IMG/VR virus record: IMGVR_UViG_3300012665_000987
Span: 1 to 28,388 of that record
Direction: 5' to 3' (one strand)
Source of the DNA: a virus
Taxonomy: Duplodnaviria > Caudoviricetes
Length of the DNA: 28,388 bases
Below the pieces are notes generated by a model. That model worked only from the letters and a program-made list of their open reading frames with translations, was not told the origin of the DNA and searched no databases. The position numbers and the translations under genes were made by a program. This document shows, piece by piece, positions 24,515 to 28,388 of this stretch. Each line of letters starts with the position of its first letter. The stretch's first letter is position 1.

Positions 24515-27106
24515 ATGGCAGTTAACTGGATTACTCCTGCAGGAAGCCTAGGAATAATAACTGAACGCATAAGTTTAGAAATTCCGTTAGAAGTAACATC
24601 GCCACGTGGTCCAGTAACCCTTACGCTATTGGCTGGAAATTTGCCACGAGGTCTAAGATTAGAAAATAATACTATTAAGGGAAGTCCGGTCGAAGTAACT
24701 AAATTTACTGAAAGTAGATTTGTCGTTAGAGCCAATGACGGTGCTGATATTGAGGATAGAACATTTTCTTTATCAGTTGATGGTGCAGACTTACCTAGCT
24801 GGGTCACCAAAGAAGGATTTTTAAATGTTGGACCGAATAATGCATATTATGTTCTTGATAACAGTTATGTTGACTTTCAGTTAGAAGCTGAAGATAATGA
24901 TATTATTGCCGGCGAAGTATTAGAATATTATATTTCTGCAATGGACGGTGAATTACCGCCGGGATTAACTCTTAGTAGAGATGGTAGGATTTACGGTTTT
25001 ACAGATCCTATATTTGCTGTAGAAAATCAAACAAACTACACCGGGGGGTATGATACATCAGCATTTGATGTACTACCACTAGACAAAGCTGAAGCACGAT
25101 CTTCTGGCTTTGACAACTATCTATACGACTTGCTTACCTATGACTATAGCGAAGAGTCAAAAACTCCAAGACGACTAAGTCGATTCTATACGTTCTTGGC
25201 AACAGTTAGTGATGGGAAAAATCAAGTCAAAAGACTTTTTAAAATTTATGTAGTCACTGAAGAATTTTTAAAATCTGATAACACCATTGTACAAGTTGAC
25301 ACCAATGTATTCCAAGCAAGTTCTTCTAGCAATCGTTCGCCGTTATGGGTCACCGAATCTGATCTAGGTAGAGTCCGTGCAAATAATTACCTAACTATAT
25401 TTTTAGAAGTTTATCGGGCTCCTGGTATTTCTGGAACGCTGTTGTTCTTTTTACAAGATAAAAACCCAGATGGATCGAATAGTGTGTTACCTTCGGGATT
25501 GTCGTTGGATCAAGCGACCGGCGAAGTTGCTGGTAAAGTTCCTTACCAACGGGCAGTTACCATTCCTTATAAGTTTACAATATTAGCTGCAAACTTTCTT
25601 TTAGATACACTTACATCAAATTATAATCTTAGAGGCGACTGGTCTGTTTTAGATACCTATGTAAAAAATGATGCGGTGCTTTACAATAATATATTGTGGA
25701 TATGTAGCCAGAACCATCAAGCTAGACAGCCAAATGAACAGCCGTTATATTGGGAATCGAGCGCAGCACTAAGTGAAAAAACATTTACTATAAATCTTAT
25801 CGGTGAAATTGAAAGTTATATCGAATGGGTATCTGATAGTAATCTCGGAACTATTCGAGCTAACATGCCTAGTTCTATATCCGTTCTCGCTAACGGGTTA
25901 AAATTAGGTGATAAGGTATTATTTGAAGTCACTGGTGGCTCATTACCTCCTGGATTATCATTATCCGGAACTGGTAACATACAAGGAAAAGTAAAACAAT
26001 TTGCCGACGATCTTGGGTCTGGGTTAACTAGATTTTTTGATTGGACTAACGACACTCACGATTCAAGCGGTGCTATTACCTATGGTACTACATTCGACGG
26101 AAGCAACACTACCTTTGACAAAGAATTTAAATTTGAGATTACAGCTAGAGATACTATTCGATTTGCAGAATCAAAGAAAACATTTTCGTTAACAGTTATA
26201 AATGAAAACGTTAAAACATTTGCAAATCTTTATATTAAATCATTTCAAAATAAAAACAAAAGACTTAATTGGTTTAATTTTATTACCGACTCTAATATAT
26301 TTAGAAGTGATGAAATCTATAGATACGGTGATACAAATTTTGGAGTCCAGGTTGAGCTTAAAGTTTTACTATTTGCAGGAATTGAAAGCGTAGAAGCTGT
26401 AAAATACGTGCAGTCTATGAGTCGTAATCATTCTCGCAAACGTATACAATTCGGTAATGTAAAATCAGCAAAAGCTAAAGATCCAATTACTCAAGAAACA
26501 TTGTACGAAATAATTTATGTTGATATTGTAGATCCTCTTGAAAAGAATAGAGTCAGCATCAGTCAGACGGTACAATTACCGGATAAAATCAACAGCAAAG
26601 TATTAGTTAGTTATAATAACCTAACTGTTGATAGCGATATACCGTTTGTTAGTGACACTGATAAACAGAGAGTATTTCCTAATTCTATAAAAAATATGAG
26701 AAGGAGAATACAAACAATTGGCGAATACGATCGAAGTTATTTGCCACTATGGATGAGAAGCATTCAAGAAAATTCGTTAACAGAACCAGGTTATGTTAAG
26801 GCGTTGCCATTGTGTTACACCCTACCTGGAAAAGCAGATGCAATTATCTCAAGAATAAAATTTAGCGAGTTTGATTTTAAAAATATTGATTTAGAAGCAG
26901 ATAGATACATTATCGATGTAATCGATGGCACATTCCAAGACAAATATCTTGCCTTTCCTACAGGAACAGCAAGTAGATCTATTGATGATCCATTGCCGCC
27001 AGAAGCTCCAGGTATCCCAACTCCAGCGGAACCAAATCCATTTAGCATGGATAGTGGAACTACAACTTACGACGATTTATCAATTACATACGACCGAGGA
27101 TATTAA
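24515..27106 (+). CDS. Virion protein with putative Ig-like (He_PIG-type) repeats
   Basis: Four LPxGLxL...G repeats (LPRGLRL, LPPGLTL, LPSGLSL, LPPGLSL) and a W-rich carbohydrate-binding-like insert. SD AAGGAG. Confidence 0.8.
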   Translation: MAVNWITPAGSLGIITERISLEIPLEVTSPRGPVTLTLLAGNLPRGLRLENNTIKGSPVEVTKFTESRFVVRANDGADIEDRTFSLSVDGADLPSWVTKEGFLNVGPNNAYYVLDNSYVDFQLEAEDNDIIAGEVLEYYISAMDGELPPGLTLSRDGRIYGFTDPIFAVENQTNYTGGYDTSAFDVLPLDKAEARSSGFDNYLYDLLTYDYSEESKTPRRLSRFYTFLATVSDGKNQVKRLFKIYVVTEEFLKSDNTIVQVDTNVFQASSSSNRSPLWVTESDLGRVRANNYLTIFLEVYRAPGISGTLLFFLQDKNPDGSNSVLPSGLSLDQATGEVAGKVPYQRAVTIPYKFTILAANFLLDTLTSNYNLRGDWSVLDTYVKNDAVLYNNILWICSQNHQARQPNEQPLYWESSAALSEKTFTINLIGEIESYIEWVSDSNLGTIRANMPSSISVLANGLKLGDKVLFEVTGGSLPPGLSLSGTGNIQGKVKQFADDLGSGLTRFFDWTNDTHDSSGAITYGTTFDGSNTTFDKEFKFEITARDTIRFAESKKTFSLTVINENVKTFANLYIKSFQNKNKRLNWFNFITDSNIFRSDEIYRYGDTNFGVQVELKVLLFAGIESVEAVKYVQSMSRNHSRKRIQFGNVKSAKAKDPITQETLYEIIYVDIVDPLEKNRVSISQTVQLPDKINSKVLVSYNNLTVDSDIPFVSDTDKQRVFPNSIKNMRRRIQTIGEYDRSYLPLWMRSIQENSLTEPGYVKALPLCYTLPGKADAIISRIKFSEFDFKNIDLEADRYIIDVIDGTFQDKYLAFPTGTASRSIDDPLPPEAPGIPTPAEPNPFSMDSGTTTYDDLSITYDRGY

Positions 27107-27109
27107 GTA

Positions 27110-28306
27110 ATGACACAACAGATTATCAATTTAGGTTTGATACCAAACGACGGATCAGGCGATGCTCTTAGAGTAGGCGCACAAAAAATTAATGAAAATT
27201 TTACCGAACTATACGATCGCGGAATTCCAGAACAGGCGGGTAACAATGGTAAGGTACTCACTACTAGCGGTACTGTTTTAAGATGGGATCGAGTATCGGA
27301 CATCACTGGAAACGCTGCTACTGTTACTAACGGTGTCTACACCACAGGGTCGTATAATAATCCATCGTGGCTCACAGGTCTAGACCCATCTAAAGTATTA
27401 CCGTCTCAGTCCGGTAATAATGGCAAGTACCTAACAACCGATGGCAATTTGTTATCTTGGGTCGATTTAGACGCTGTTAGCATTTTTGATTATAATAATT
27501 TAATTAATAAACCAATATTCCCCGATAATACTAGCGACCTAGTTAACGATTCGGGATTTATTACTAGTAGCGCACTAACAGGATATGCAACTGAAAGTTA
27601 TGTTACTACACGAGGATACATTACTTCAGCAGCAATACCCGTAGACATCAGCGAACTAACTGATACAGGAAATTTGTTAGGTGGGGGAGGTGCTAGCCTA
27701 GGCGATCTGGCAGTTGTCATAAGCCCGGGTGGAACTGACACATTACAAAATATCACAGCTGGCCAAAATGTACATATAGCTGCAACTGAAAGCGGCGCTG
27801 ACTTAAATGACGGTAATGTAAGATTACAATATAACCCACACCCAGATACTACAGCGCCATACATAACCAACAACTCGTTAAACATTGATGGGATTGGTAT
27901 TGTTTTAGATGCTGGTGTTAATACTATAAGACTCGATGCGGCCGGATTAGATTTTGATGAAGGATACAAACTACCGCTAACACAGGGATCTGGGGTATCA
28001 GCTGCAGGTAGTGGAGTTGTTTATACCACCGTGGCATATCCTAGAGTTGTTAAACTAATTCTCAAAGCAAAACTACTAGATGATTACCAGGCATGTGAAA
28101 TGATGGTAGTTCGTAGCAACAGCGATCCGGTAGTTATTAACCATACAGTCTATGCTGTAATACATACTACTACAAATCCGTTTGTTACATATGACGCAAA
28201 CTGGAATGCATTGTCAAGCAAAATAGAAATTACAGCAACTAATTTAGATGTAACCAATCCAATATATGTCGAATCCATGGTCATCGAAGTATTAGAGTGG
28301 GATTAA
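27110..28306 (+). CDS. Tail fibre-like structural protein
   Basis: gp9/gp10-like N-terminus NDGSGDALRVGAQKINENFTELY and two PxQxGNNGKxLTTxG..LxW repeats. Confidence 0.82.
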   Translation: MTQQIINLGLIPNDGSGDALRVGAQKINENFTELYDRGIPEQAGNNGKVLTTSGTVLRWDRVSDITGNAATVTNGVYTTGSYNNPSWLTGLDPSKVLPSQSGNNGKYLTTDGNLLSWVDLDAVSIFDYNNLINKPIFPDNTSDLVNDSGFITSSALTGYATESYVTTRGYITSAAIPVDISELTDTGNLLGGGGASLGDLAVVISPGGTDTLQNITAGQNVHIAATESGADLNDGNVRLQYNPHPDTTAPYITNNSLNIDGIGIVLDAGVNTIRLDAAGLDFDEGYKLPLTQGSGVSAAGSGVVYTTVAYPRVVKLILKAKLLDDYQACEMMVVRSNSDPVVINHTVYAVIHTTTNPFVTYDANWNALSSKIEITATNLDVTNPIYVESMVIEVLEWD

Positions 28307-28336
28307 AGAATAAATTATAGCAAGTATTTGCCATGA

Positions 28337-28342
28337 TAAATA
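28337..28342 (+). promoter_or_regulatory. Putative late promoter (TAAATA)
   Basis: GATAAATA in the intergenic region ahead of the next gene. Confidence 0.5.
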
Positions 28343-28375
28343 CACAAAGAAAACACAATATGTGGAGATATAACC

Positions 28376-28388
28376 GTGACTAGTAATG
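28376..28388 (+). CDS. 5' end of the next gene (truncated by the window)
   Basis: GGAG SD followed by GTG ACT AGT AAT, open to the window end. Confidence 0.4.

Noticed and set aside
13777-27969. Numerous minus-strand ORFs inside structural genes (e.g. 13777..14232, 21861..22472, 27598..27969)
   Set aside because: They are antisense shadows of Gly/Thr/Ser-rich coding sequence, with no SD, promoter or recognisable motifs.
1-28388. Stop-codon reassignment (no called gene ends in TAG)
   Set aside because: Long genes read through intact under the standard code with no in-frame TAG or TGA breaks. TAG scarcity is common in AT-rich phages.

Overview
The window is a gene-dense, almost entirely + strand segment of a large tailed dsDNA phage, with T4-like/jumbo-myovirus style architecture and probably a proteobacterial host. 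Bases 1-13.5 kb hold small hypothetical genes mixed with host-like auxiliary genes: an Hc1-like histone protein, a 2OG-Fe(II) oxygenase, thyX, a BI-1/YccA membrane protein, queD, kdsA, two glycosyltransferase-like genes, uvsE, iscU and iscA. Bases 13.5-28.4 kb are a virion structural module of baseplate/fibre proteins; four of them share a T4 gp9/gp10-like N-terminal motif. The most notable non-coding signals are (1) a preQ1-I-like riboswitch pseudoknot directly upstream of a divergent queD, and (2) a recurring TAAATA-N5-ATG arrangement suggesting leaderless late transcripts. That arrangement puts kdsA plus a glycosyltransferase, and iscU-iscA, under apparent late control, which hints at a phage-encoded Kdo/ulosonic-acid virion glycosylation system. 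All calls come from motif recognition only; no searches were run.
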